Origin: an uncultured Candidatus Rokubacteria bacterium
GTDB lineage: Bacteria; Methylomirabilota; Methylomirabilia; Rokubacteriales; CSP1-6
DNA: 64,000 bases
Reading direction: 5' to 3'
NCBI GenBank assembly: GCA_963771355.1
Contig: CAVYTA010000006.1
Location: forward strand, 1,920,001-1,984,000
In this document: positions 18,174 through 27,570 of the stretch, piece after piece
Position numbering within the stretch: the stretch's first letter is position 1
Layout: each line of letters opens with the position of its first letter
The notes under the pieces: model-generated
Database searches by the model: none
Seen by the model: only the letters and a program-made list of their open reading frames with translations
Told to the model about the DNA's origin: nothing
Translations under genes and position numbers: made by a program

Positions 18174-19402
18174 GGGCGGTCGGCCAGCTTGACGGCGGCG
18201 CCGTCCCGCAGCGACTCCGGCGGCGACAGCACCACGCGCTCTCCCTCGCGCAGCCCGCTGAGGATCTGGCGGCCGGCGGCGGTCTCCGCGCCGAGCGTCA
18301 CCGGGCGCCGCTGCACGGCCTCCGCGGCGACCACGAACACCAGGCCCGTCTTGCCCTGGCCCTCCACGCGCACCGCCTCCGCGGGCACGATCACGCCGGA
18401 GACGCTTGCCGCTGGCCGCGTGCCGGCGGGCTCGAGGAACGACACGCGCACCCCCATGTCGGGGACGATGCGCCGGTCCCGGGACTTGATGGCGATGCGG
18501 ACCTTCACCGTCGCCTTGCTGCGGTCCGCGGTGGGGATGATGGCGATGACCTCGCCGGGAATCTTCCACTCCGGGTACGCGTTGAGCGTCGCCTCCACCG
18601 GCTGACCCGATGCGACACGATTGATGAACGACTCGTTCACGTCCACCTGGATCTCCAGCGAGTCCATGTCCACGATGGTCCCGATGCCGGTGCGCGTGAA
18701 GCCTCCGCCCGCCGACAGCGGCGAGATCATCTCGCCCGGCTGGGCGGACTTGGCGATCACGACACCGGCGAAGGGCGCCCGCACCACGGTGTTGTCGAGC
18801 TGGACCTTGGCCATGTCCACCGACTCCTGCGCCACCATGATCTGCTCGCGGCTGCTGGCCAGGCGGGCGCGGAGCATGTCGCGCTGGGCGCGGGCGGCAT
18901 CCAGGGACTGCTCGCTGACGAGCTGCCGCGTGAAGAGATCGCTCTGGCGGACGAAGTCCCGCTCGGCCTGGGCGAGCATGGCCTGGATCTCCGCCACCTG
19001 GGAGCGCGCAAGGGTGAGCTGGGACTGGTTGAGCGAGAGCTGGGCCCGCGCCTCGGTGTCGTCCAGCCGGGCGAGGACGTCACCCTCCTTCACGCGCTGC
19101 CCCTCCTCGATCAGTACCTCGACCACCTTGCCGGTGACCTTGGCGGAGACGGTGGCCTGGCGGCGCGCGGTGACGTAGCCGCTCGCGTCCAGCACGGACC
19201 CGGCCCCCGGCTCCCCGCCGGCCGACTTCGCCACCGCGGTGCGCACCGTGGGCACCGTGGCCCGGGCGGCGACGAGCCAGCCCGCGCCCGCGAGCAGCAG
19301 CAGCACGAGCAGAGCGAGCAGGGCCCGGCGGCCACGCCGGCGCGGCACGGCGGCGGGCGTGCGGTCCCGGCGCAATTGCTCGAGGAGATCCGACCTGTCC
19401 AC
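18170..19402 (-). CDS. Efflux periplasmic adaptor (membrane fusion protein, MacA-like)
   Basis: TM anchor; V.EGQRVKEGDVLARLD lipoyl half, coiled coil, VRAPFAGVV. Confidence 0.88.
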   Translation of the reverse strand: MDRSDLLEQLRRDRTPAAVPRRRGRRALLALLVLLLLAGAGWLVAARATVPTVRTAVAKSAGGEPGAGSVLDASGYVTARRQATVSAKVTGKVVEVLIEEGQRVKEGDVLARLDDTEARAQLSLNQSQLTLARSQVAEIQAMLAQAERDFVRQSDLFTRQLVSEQSLDAARAQRDMLRARLASSREQIMVAQESVDMAKVQLDNTVVRAPFAGVVIAKSAQPGEMISPLSAGGGFTRTGIGTIVDMDSLEIQVDVNESFINRVASGQPVEATLNAYPEWKIPGEVIAIIPTADRSKATVKVRIAIKSRDRRIVPDMGVRVSFLEPAGTRPAASVSGVIVPAEAVRVEGQGKTGLVFVVAAEAVQRRPVTLGAETAAGRQILSGLREGERVVLSPPESLRDGAAVKLADRP

Positions 19403-19571
19403 GGTCTCAGTGTGCCATACGCGCGCCCCTGACGCATTGCGGCGACCCGTCGCGGAGCGCAAGACCTGGGAGAAGGGGGTGGCGGGCCTTGCGGCCAAGC
19501 GGGGCGCCATGTTAGGCTCCCCGCGATTCGGCCTCGGAGCATCCCACCAACGCGCAGCGCGAGGAGGCGCC

Positions 19572-19763
19572 ATGCCATTTGTGAACATCCGGATCTATGA
19601 GGGATGGGGCAAGGACCGCAAGGACGAGATCGCCCGCCGCGTCACCGAGGCGATTCACGAGGTCACCAAGCTGCCGAAGGAGGCGGTGTGGGTGGTGGTG
19701 GAGGAAGTGGACCCGCCGGACTGGTACGTGGCGGGCAAGCCCGGGGAGCGGATGAAGAAGTGA
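19572..19763 (+). CDS. 4-oxalocrotonate tautomerase family protein
   Basis: N-terminal catalytic Pro (MPFVNIRIYEG), about 63 aa, EEV...W..AG; RBS GAGGAGG. Confidence 0.88.
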   Translation: MPFVNIRIYEGWGKDRKDEIARRVTEAIHEVTKLPKEAVWVVVEEVDPPDWYVAGKPGERMKK

Positions 19764-20647
19764 GCGTGGAGGTTCGGAACCCTCTCTTCACCTCCATCGT
19801 TGGCACCACCGTGGAGTTCGAGCGCATCGCCAGCGACTGCCTCTTCACCGAGGGGCCGCTCTGGCATCCGCGGGACCAGTACCTGCTCTGGAGTGACATG
19901 CCCGGGGATCATCTCCGGCGCTGGTCGCGGGCGGAGGGGGTGAGCACCTTCCGCAAGCCCAGCAACAAGTCCAACGGCCTCACCTGGGACCGGCAGGGGC
20001 GGCTCCTCGCCTGCGAGCACGCCTCGAGCCGCGTGTCGCGCACCGAGCCCGACGGGCGCATCGTTCCCCTCGCCACCCACCACGGGGGCAAGGAGCTCAA
20101 CAGCCCCAATGACATCGTCTGCGCCGCGGACGGCGGCATCTATTTCTCCGACCCGCCCTACGGCCGCGCGGAGTTCTACGGCGTGAAGCGGCCGCAGGAG
20201 CTGTCCTTCCAGGGGGTGTACAAGGTCGGCCCCGACCCGCGCAGCCCCGTGCTCCTCGTGGACGACTTCGACCGGCCGAATGGACTGTGTTTCTCACTGG
20301 ACAACCGGCGGCTCTTCATCAACGACACCGCCCGCCAGCACATCCGCGTCTTCGACGTGAAGGCGGACGGCACCCTCACCGGCGGCAAGGTGTGGGCGGA
20401 GACCAAGGGCGAGGGCAAGGGCGCGCCGGACGGGATGAAGCTCGACGCCGCCGGCAACGTGTACTGCACCGGGCCCGGGGGCATCCACGTGTTCAGCCCG
20501 GAGGCGGTGGACCTCGGCGTGATCCAGGTCCCCGAGTACACCGCGAACTTCGCGTGGGGCGACGGCGACCTCCAGGCCCTCTACATCACCGCCTCCACTT
20601 CCGTGTACCGGATGCAGACGATCATCCCCGGGTTGCCCGCCCTATGA
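19760..20647 (+). CDS. SMP-30/gluconolactonase family protein
   Basis: TEGPLW, SNGL, LNSPND, PNGL.FS, PDGMKLD. Confidence 0.9.
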   Translation: MSVEVRNPLFTSIVGTTVEFERIASDCLFTEGPLWHPRDQYLLWSDMPGDHLRRWSRAEGVSTFRKPSNKSNGLTWDRQGRLLACEHASSRVSRTEPDGRIVPLATHHGGKELNSPNDIVCAADGGIYFSDPPYGRAEFYGVKRPQELSFQGVYKVGPDPRSPVLLVDDFDRPNGLCFSLDNRRLFINDTARQHIRVFDVKADGTLTGGKVWAETKGEGKGAPDGMKLDAAGNVYCTGPGGIHVFSPEAVDLGVIQVPEYTANFAWGDGDLQALYITASTSVYRMQTIIPGLPAL

Positions 20648-21891
20648 GGCGTCTCTTCCGCAATCTGCGCTTGATCGACGGCACCGGCGCGCCTGCGCGT
20701 GAGGGCGCCGCGCTCCTGATCGAGGGGGAGACCATCGTTCACGCGGGGCCCCTGGCCGCGGGCGACGCGCCCTCCCCGGCCGACGCCGAGATCCTCGATC
20801 TCGGCGGCCGCACCGTGATCCCGGGGCTGGTGGAGGCGCACATCCACCTCTCGTACAATGACGTCAAGGCCATCGCGGACCTCGACCTGAACTGCCCGCC
20901 CGAGATCTCCACCCTGCGCGCGGCCCGGAACGGCGAGCTCGCGCTCCACTGCGGATATACCGCCGCGCGCTCCGCCGGCGCCGTGCACCGGATCGACGCC
21001 GCGCTGAAGCAGGCCTTCGCGGAAGGGCTCTATCCGGGCCCCCGGCTTCTCGCCGCCAGCCGGGACATCTGCGCCACCGGCGGGATGGCGGACTGGAACC
21101 CCTCCTATCTCAAGCTCGGCATGGAGGGGCTGGCCCTCATCGCCGACGGGCCGGACCAGATCCGCGCCGCCGTGCGCCGCTCCATCAAGGACGGCGCCGA
21201 CGTGGTGAAGTGCTATGTCGGCGGCGACGCGCTCCTGCCCCATACCCCCATCGGCGACTGCACCTACACGCTTCCCGAGGTGGCGGCCCTGGTGGACGAG
21301 TCGCGCATGCGCGGCCGCATGACGGCGGCCCACGTGCGGGGGCAGCAGTCGAGCCGGGTGGCCGCGCAGGCGGGGGTGGATTCGCTCGAGCACGCCACCT
21401 ATGCCGACGACGAGACCCTCCGCATGATCGCCGACAAGGGGCTCACCCTCGTGCCGGGGCTCCGCTACCTCTACTCGATCATCGAGAACGGGCCCCGCTT
21501 CGGAATCGACGAGGCGGTGATCGCGCCCAGCGGGCTCCGCGACGAGATCAAGCAAGCCGCCGACACCTATCGCCGGGCCCGCGAGCTCGGCATCCGGATG
21601 TGCCCGGGCGGCGATTTCGGGTTCGCCTGGAATCCCCACGGCGAGTACGCCAAGGACATCCAGGTCTTCGTGGACGTCATCGGCTACACCCCGCTCGAGG
21701 CCATCACCTGCGCCACTCGCAGCGGGGCGGAGCTCATGCGGATGAACGACCGCTTCGGCACGCTGCGCCCGGGCAAGCTCGCCGACCTGGTGGTGGTCGA
21801 CGGCGACCCGCTCCGCGACATCTCCGTACTTCAGGACCGCGGCCGCCTGTCCGTCATGCAGGGCGGCCGCTTCGTGACCCGCAACTTCTAA
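20644..21891 (+). CDS. Amidohydrolase family protein (Xaa-Pro dipeptidase/prolidase-like subtype)
   Basis: PGLVEAHIH, DVVKCY, AAHVRG, SLEHA, GGDFG, GKLADLVVVDGDPL. Confidence 0.88.
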   Translation: MRRLFRNLRLIDGTGAPAREGAALLIEGETIVHAGPLAAGDAPSPADAEILDLGGRTVIPGLVEAHIHLSYNDVKAIADLDLNCPPEISTLRAARNGELALHCGYTAARSAGAVHRIDAALKQAFAEGLYPGPRLLAASRDICATGGMADWNPSYLKLGMEGLALIADGPDQIRAAVRRSIKDGADVVKCYVGGDALLPHTPIGDCTYTLPEVAALVDESRMRGRMTAAHVRGQQSSRVAAQAGVDSLEHATYADDETLRMIADKGLTLVPGLRYLYSIIENGPRFGIDEAVIAPSGLRDEIKQAADTYRRARELGIRMCPGGDFGFAWNPHGEYAKDIQVFVDVIGYTPLEAITCATRSGAELMRMNDRFGTLRPGKLADLVVVDGDPLRDISVLQDRGRLSVMQGGRFVTRNF

Positions 21892-21903
21892 AGGAGGCTC
21901 CCC

Positions 21904-23094
21904 ATGATCACCCGTGTGCTCACCATGCTGCTGGCCGGCCTGCTGGCGCTGCCGCTGGCAGCCGAGGCCCAGAAAACGATCAAGGTCGGCATGCCCATGC
22001 CCCTCTCGGGTCCGCCCGCGCTGTTCGGCGAGCCCGCCTCCAAGGGCGCCCAGATGTTGGTGGACGAGGTCAACGCCAAGGGCGGCGTGCTCGGCGGGCG
22101 CAAGCTCGAGCTCATCGTGCGCGACTCCAAGGCGGACGCCAACGAAGCGGTGCGGGTGGCGCGCGAGCTCATCCTCAAGGACAACGTGGACTTCCTGGTG
22201 GGCACGCTCACCTCCGCGGAGGGGCCGGCGGTGTCCGTGGTGGCGAAGGAGAACAAGATCGTCTTCATCGCCCCCATCCCGAAGACCGACCAGCTCACCG
22301 CTCCCGACAAGCTCCACCCGTACGTGTTCCGCATCTCCGCCAATACCACCATGGAGGGCCGGAGCGCGGCGGAAATCGTGGCCAAGTGGCCGGTGACCCG
22401 GGTGGCGACGATGAGCTTCGACTACGCATATGGCCAGGACGTCACCAGGGCATTCGTGGAGCACCTGAAGAAGGTCAAGCCGTCGGCGCAGATCGTGGAC
22501 CAGCAGTGGCCGAAGCTGGGCGAGCAGGACTACAACCCCTTCATCAATGCCCAGATGGGGAAGAAGCCCGAGGCGGTGTTCTCGTCGATCTGGGGCGGCT
22601 TCTTCGTGACCTACTCCAAGCAGGCCAAGGCGCTGGGCATGTTCGACGCGCTGAAGTACCACTTCATCGGCGTGGGGGAAGCGGGCTCGCCGGAGACCAC
22701 CAAGTCCATGGGCAAGGACTACCCGGTGGGGATCTGGGGCAACTCCTACGACGCGTTTTACTGGGGCGAGACGCCGGCCCACCGTGACTACACGGCCCGG
22801 CTGGCGAAGTATCTCAAGGACGAGTACCCGTCCTCCTGGGCCATCCAGGGCTACACCGGCATGCAGTTCCTCGTCGAGGCCATCACCAAGGCCGGCAGCA
22901 CCGACTCGGACAAGGTGGCCAAGGCGCTCCTCGGCCTCACCATCGACACGCCCATCGGCAAGCAGACGATCCGGGAAAAGGATCATCAGGCGAATCGCGG
23001 CCAGCTCTACGGCAAGACCGTGATGGACCCGAAGTATCCGTTCCCGATCATGAAGCCGGTGGAGTACGTCGACCCCACCAAGTTCATGGACTAG
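21904..23094 (+). CDS. Branched-chain amino acid-type ABC substrate-binding protein
   Basis: Sec signal AEA; IKVGMPMPLSG; VNAKGGVLGGRKLELIVRD. Confidence 0.9.
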   Translation: MITRVLTMLLAGLLALPLAAEAQKTIKVGMPMPLSGPPALFGEPASKGAQMLVDEVNAKGGVLGGRKLELIVRDSKADANEAVRVARELILKDNVDFLVGTLTSAEGPAVSVVAKENKIVFIAPIPKTDQLTAPDKLHPYVFRISANTTMEGRSAAEIVAKWPVTRVATMSFDYAYGQDVTRAFVEHLKKVKPSAQIVDQQWPKLGEQDYNPFINAQMGKKPEAVFSSIWGGFFVTYSKQAKALGMFDALKYHFIGVGEAGSPETTKSMGKDYPVGIWGNSYDAFYWGETPAHRDYTARLAKYLKDEYPSSWAIQGYTGMQFLVEAITKAGSTDSDKVAKALLGLTIDTPIGKQTIREKDHQANRGQLYGKTVMDPKYPFPIMKPVEYVDPTKFMD

Positions 23095-23250
23095 CCGCTG
23101 ATCACACGGGCGATCGGATTCGGGGCGGGGCACACCCCCTTTGCTCAGTAAAGCATTCGCCGGGGGCGCGCCCCGCCCCGCCTCCGCTCGCCCTCCCGCT
23201 CGGCCTCACTCACGCACTTCATCGCTTCCCCTTCTAGATTGAAAAGCTAG
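23091..23250. mobile_element. MITE-like palindromic insertion flanked by CTAG duplication
   Basis: CTAG at 23091-23094 and 23247-23250; internal inverted repeat cggggcggggcacaccccc(23121-23139)/gggggcgcgccccgccccg(23162-23180). Confidence 0.5.
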
Positions 23251-24136
23251 ATGCCGGATCCTTCCTTCGTTTTTGCGCAGTCGCTGAGCGGGCTCACGGC
23301 GGCGATGTTCCTATTCCTCATCGCGTCTGGGCTTGTCGCTGATCTTCGGGGTGTTGCGCGTGTTGAATTTTGCGCACGGCACCTTCTACATGCTGGGGGC
23401 GTACACCGCGTACCAGTTCGTGCAGTGGCTGGGGCAGGAGGGGGGGATGTTCTGGGTGGCCGCGCTGGGCGCGGCGTGCACCATCGGGCTCCTGGGCGGC
23501 ATCGTGGAGCGCTTCCTCTTCCGTCACCTCTACGGCAAGGAGGAGCTCTACCAGCTCCTGTTCACCTACTCGCTGGTGCTGATCCTGGGGGACGTGGCCA
23601 AGATCATCTGGGGCACCCAGCAGAAGTCCGTGGGCCGCCCGCCCGGGCTCACCGGCTCCTTCTCCGTCTTCGGCGCCACCGTGCCGCACTACAACCTCTT
23701 CATCCTCCTGCTCGGCCCCGCCATCGCGCTCGGCTTCTGGTTCGTGCTCCAGCGGACGCGCACCGGTCGCTTCATCCGGGCCGCCGCGCTGGACCGCGAG
23801 ACCCTGGGGGCCCTGGGCGTGAACGTGAGCGCGCTCTACACCGGCGTCTTCGTGCTCGCGTCGTTCCTGGGCGGCCTCGGCGGTGCCCTCATCACGCCCA
23901 TGCGGGCGGTGGTCCCCGGCATGGACACCGACGTCATCGTGGACGCCTTCGTGGTGGTGGTGATCGGCGGGCTCGGGTCCTTCTGGGGCACCTTCCTGGG
24001 CGCGCTGATCTACGGCCAGGTGCTGTCCTTCGGCATCCTCTTCTTCCCCCGCTTCTCCATCTTCGCGATCTTCGCCCTCATGGCCACCGTGCTCGTCATC
24101 CGCCCCTGGGGCCTGCTCGGGAAGCCGCTGAAATGA
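23251..24136 (+). pseudogene. livH: LivH-like ABC permease with a +1 frameshift near 23333 (possibly a sequencing error)
   Basis: MPDPSFV...LIASG joins LSLIFGVLRVLNFAHG after deleting one T. Confidence 0.8.
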
Positions 24137-24233
24137 TCGTCGCCCGTCCAGCAGACGCCGCCGCGGGCGATCAATGCGGTGGGGGGGTCTGGGGGAGGAG
24201 CGGCGCCGCTCCCCCCCAGCTTCAGTCAATGAT
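24132..24233. mobile_element. 96-bp palindromic insertion flanked by AATGAT duplication
   Basis: aatgat at 24132-24137 and 24228-24233; G-run followed by hairpin ctgggggaggagcggc/gccgctcccccccag (24189-24219). Confidence 0.6.
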
Positions 24234-25209
24234 GCCGCGAATTCCCTGGGGCTTGCTCATCCTCGTCGCGGCGTTCTTCGTGCCCGCGCTCGGCTCGCGC
24301 TTCTACACCTTCCTCGCCAACGACGTGGTGATCTGGGCGCTGTTCGCCACCAGCCTCAATCTCCTCGTGGGCTATACCGGGCTCGTGTCCTTCGGCCATG
24401 CCGCCTACTTCGGGATCGGCGCCTATACCACCGGCATCCTGATGAAGAAGCTGGGCGTCACCTTCCTGCTCGCCTTTCCCGCCGCCGGCGTGGTGGCCGG
24501 GCTCTTCGCCGTCTTCTTCGGCTTCTTCTGCGTGCGCCTCACGCGTATCTACTTCGCCATGCTCACCCTCGCCTTCGCCCAGATCGTGTGGGCCATCTGC
24601 TTCAAGTGGAACGAGGTCACCGGCGGGGAGCAGGGCATGCCGGAGATCCCCTACCCCAGCTTCGACTGGGTGGAGACGGCAGCCGGGTGGCTACCGTTCC
24701 TCGGCGGGTACCGGACGTCCGACTACTTCTACTTCCTCTGCATCATCCTGGTGGCCGCGGCGCTGTGGGTGTTGCGCCGGATCGTCGGCTCGCCCTTCGG
24801 GCGCATGCTCACGACTATTCGCGAGAATCCTGAACGGGCGGAGTTTATTGGGGTGAACGTCCGGCGCTACGAGCTGGCCGCCTTCGTCCTCGCGGGCGCC
24901 TTCGCGGGCCTGGCCGGCGGATTGTTCGGCATCTTCAACCGGGGAGTCTTCCCCGACTTCGCCTACTGGACCAAGTCCTCCGAGGTGCTCATCATGACCC
25001 TCCTCGGCGGCATGGGCACCTTCGTGGGACCGAGCGTGGGCGCGGTGGTGCTCATCCTGCTCAACCAGCAGATCGTGTCCTACACGCAGTACTGGCCGCT
25101 GGTGCTGGGCAGCATCCTGGTCCTCCTCCTCTTCGTCTTCCCCGGCGGCCTCGCCGGCGCCGGCCAGGACCTCTGGCGCTGGACCCGGCGGAGGCTCGCC
25201 CGTGCTTGA
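24133..25209 (+). CDS. livM: LivM-like ABC permease (alternative start 24229/24232; N-terminal 32 aa derive from an inserted element)
   Basis: LLVGYTGLVSFGHAAYFGIGAY, YFAMLTLAFAQ, TIRENPERAEFIG. Confidence 0.85.
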   Translation: MIVARPADAAAGDQCGGGVWGRSGAAPPQLQSMMPRIPWGLLILVAAFFVPALGSRFYTFLANDVVIWALFATSLNLLVGYTGLVSFGHAAYFGIGAYTTGILMKKLGVTFLLAFPAAGVVAGLFAVFFGFFCVRLTRIYFAMLTLAFAQIVWAICFKWNEVTGGEQGMPEIPYPSFDWVETAAGWLPFLGGYRTSDYFYFLCIILVAAALWVLRRIVGSPFGRMLTTIRENPERAEFIGVNVRRYELAAFVLAGAFAGLAGGLFGIFNRGVFPDFAYWTKSSEVLIMTLLGGMGTFVGPSVGAVVLILLNQQIVSYTQYWPLVLGSILVLLLFVFPGGLAGAGQDLWRWTRRRLARA

Positions 25210-25942
25210 CGTGCGCAATGTCGCCAAGAGCTTCGACGGTTTCCAGGCGGTGGGCGGGGTGAGCCTCACGGTGGCCCCCGGCTCGATCAGCGCCATCATC
25301 GGTCCCAACGGCGCCGGGAAGACCACGCTCTTCAACCTGATCACCGGTCATCTGCGGCCCGACACCGGCCAGGTCGTCTTCAAGGGGCAGGACGTCACCG
25401 GGATCGCGCCGCACGACCTCTGCCGGCTCGGCATGGGCCGCTCCTTCCAGCGCACGAACATCTTTCCACGCCTCACCGTGTTCCAGAACGTGCAGGCCGC
25501 CTACGTGTCCCATCGCGGGCGCGGCTGGAACCTCTTCGAGCGCGTCGAGCGCCTCTACATCGACGAGACGGAGGCGATCCTCCGCGCGGTGGGCCTCCTC
25601 GACCGCGCCGGCGAGGAGTCGGGCTTTCTCTCCCACGGCGGGCAGAAGCAGCTCGAGCTGGGCATCGCGCTGGCGCTGGAGCCGGAGATCCTGCTCCTGG
25701 ACGAGCCCACCGCCGGCATGTCGGCCAGCGAGACGCGCGAGTCCATCGCGCTCATCGCGCGGCTGGCCCGCGAGCGCCGCCTCACGCTGCTCTTCACCGA
25801 GCACGACATGGAGGTGGTGTTCTCCATCTCGCAGCGCATCACCGTGCTCCACCAGGGACGGGTGATCGCCGACGGCACGCCCGACGAGGTCCGGCGCGAT
25901 CCCGAGGTGCGGCGCGTCTATCTCGGGGAGAAGCACGTGTGA
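25202..25942 (+). CDS. livG: ABC ATP-binding protein, LivG-like
   Basis: GPNGAGKT, GRSFQ, LSHGGQKQLE, LLDEPTAGM. Confidence 0.9.
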   Translation: MLDVRNVAKSFDGFQAVGGVSLTVAPGSISAIIGPNGAGKTTLFNLITGHLRPDTGQVVFKGQDVTGIAPHDLCRLGMGRSFQRTNIFPRLTVFQNVQAAYVSHRGRGWNLFERVERLYIDETEAILRAVGLLDRAGEESGFLSHGGQKQLELGIALALEPEILLLDEPTAGMSASETRESIALIARLARERRLTLLFTEHDMEVVFSISQRITVLHQGRVIADGTPDEVRRDPEVRRVYLGEKHV

Positions 25943-26649
25943 GCGAGCCCCTGCTCCGGGTGGAGAACGTCTACACCGCCTACGGCCTGTCCCAGGTTCT
26001 CTTCGGCGTCTCCCTCGAGGTGGGGCGCGGCGAGTGCGTCTGCCTGCTGGGCCGCAACGGCGTGGGCAAGACCACCACCATGCGCAGCATCATGGGCCTC
26101 ACCCCGCCCACCCAGGGCCGGGTGGAGTGGAAGGGGCGTGACGTCACGCGCCGGGCCCCCTACGAGGTGGCCAAGCTGGGCATCGGCTTCGTGCCCGAGG
26201 ACCGCCGCATCTTCGCCGATCTCACGGTGTGGGAGAATCTCGACGTGGCGACCCGACGGGCGTCCGCCGGCGGCGGCTTCACCCTCGAGCGAGTCTACGA
26301 GCTCTTCCCCAATCTGGCCGAGCTGCGCGACCGGCAAGGGGGCTTCCTCTCCGGGGGTGAGCAGCAGATGCTCACCATCGCGCGTACCCTCATGGGCAAT
26401 CCCGAGCTGCTCCTCCTCGACGAGCCCTCCGAGGGTCTCGCCCCGCTGGTGGTCGAGCACCTGGGAGAGCAGATCGGCCGGCTCAAGCGCGACGGGCTCA
26501 CCATCCTGCTCGCCGAGCAGAACGTGGACTTCTCGCTGGCGCTGGCCGATCGTGTCTACGTGCTCGAGAAGGGGACGGTCCGCTACGAAGGCACCGCTCA
26601 GGCCTTCCGGGTCGACGAATCCATTCGCCACCAGTACCTCGCGCTCTGA
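25939..26649 (+). CDS. livF: ABC ATP-binding protein, LivF-like
   Basis: GRNGVGKT, VPEDRRIF, LSGGEQQM, LLDEPSEGLAP. Confidence 0.9.
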   Translation: MSEPLLRVENVYTAYGLSQVLFGVSLEVGRGECVCLLGRNGVGKTTTMRSIMGLTPPTQGRVEWKGRDVTRRAPYEVAKLGIGFVPEDRRIFADLTVWENLDVATRRASAGGGFTLERVYELFPNLAELRDRQGGFLSGGEQQMLTIARTLMGNPELLLLDEPSEGLAPLVVEHLGEQIGRLKRDGLTILLAEQNVDFSLALADRVYVLEKGTVRYEGTAQAFRVDESIRHQYLAL

Positions 26650-26660
26650 GGGATAACGCC

Positions 26661-27554
26661 ATGGAGATCGGCTGCCATCTTCCGACACAGGGGCCCCTGG
26701 CCAACGGGGAAGCGCTCACCGCCTTCTGCCGCGCCGCCGAGGCGCACCAGGTCGCCTCGCTCTGGGTGAGCGATCACGTGATCTTCCCGCGCACCGAAGC
26801 CCCCGGCTATCCGGGCGGGCGCTTCCCGCATCCTCCTGATCGCGCGTACCTTGAACCGGTGGTCGTCCTCGCCGCCGCCGCGGTGTGCACGACGAAGGCG
26901 CGGCTGGGCGCGTCCGTGTTCATCCTGGGGCACCGCCATCCCATTGTGATGGCCAAGATGCTCACCAGCATCGACGCCTTGTCCAACGGCCGCCTCATCT
27001 GCGGAGTAGGCGTGGGCTGGTGGCAGCAGGAGCTCGAGATGCTCGGCGTGCCCTTCCATCAGCGGGGCCGTCACGCGGACGAGATCCTCCGGGCCTTCAA
27101 GGTGCTGTGGTCCGAGGAGAACCCGTCGCTGGAGGGTGAGTTCTTCCGCTTCCGCGACCTCGGCTTCGCGCCCAAGCCGGTGCAGAAGCCGCACCCGCCC
27201 ATCTGGGTGGGCGGGGACAGCCCCGGCGCCTTCCGCCGAGTGGTCACCCTCGGCGACGGCTGGCATGCCACCTCCAAGACGCCCGAGCAGCTCCGCGAGG
27301 CGCTGGACCGGCTCCGCGCCGCGGCGGACAAGGCCAAGCGCCCCTTCGACTCCATCGAGCTGAGCCTCCGTTTTGGGATCACCGACGCCCTGCTCGCCCA
27401 GGGCCCGCAGGCGGTGGTGGACGTGCTCGCGGAGTACAAGCGGATCGGCCTCGCCCACATCGTGCTCGAGTTCCGCCGCGACGATCTGCCCCGCATGCTC
27501 GAGATCCTCGACCTCGTCACGGGGACCATCCGGCCCGCCGTCGACGCGGCCTGA
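26661..27554 (+). CDS. LLM-class (luciferase-like) oxidoreductase, probable F420-dependent Rv2161c-like family
   Basis: LWVSDHVIFP, SNGRLICGVGVGW, PKPVQKPHPPIWVGG, GDGW. Confidence 0.85.
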   Translation: MEIGCHLPTQGPLANGEALTAFCRAAEAHQVASLWVSDHVIFPRTEAPGYPGGRFPHPPDRAYLEPVVVLAAAAVCTTKARLGASVFILGHRHPIVMAKMLTSIDALSNGRLICGVGVGWWQQELEMLGVPFHQRGRHADEILRAFKVLWSEENPSLEGEFFRFRDLGFAPKPVQKPHPPIWVGGDSPGAFRRVVTLGDGWHATSKTPEQLREALDRLRAAADKAKRPFDSIELSLRFGITDALLAQGPQAVVDVLAEYKRIGLAHIVLEFRRDDLPRMLEILDLVTGTIRPAVDAA

Positions 27555-27570
27555 GGCCGGCCGGTTGACG

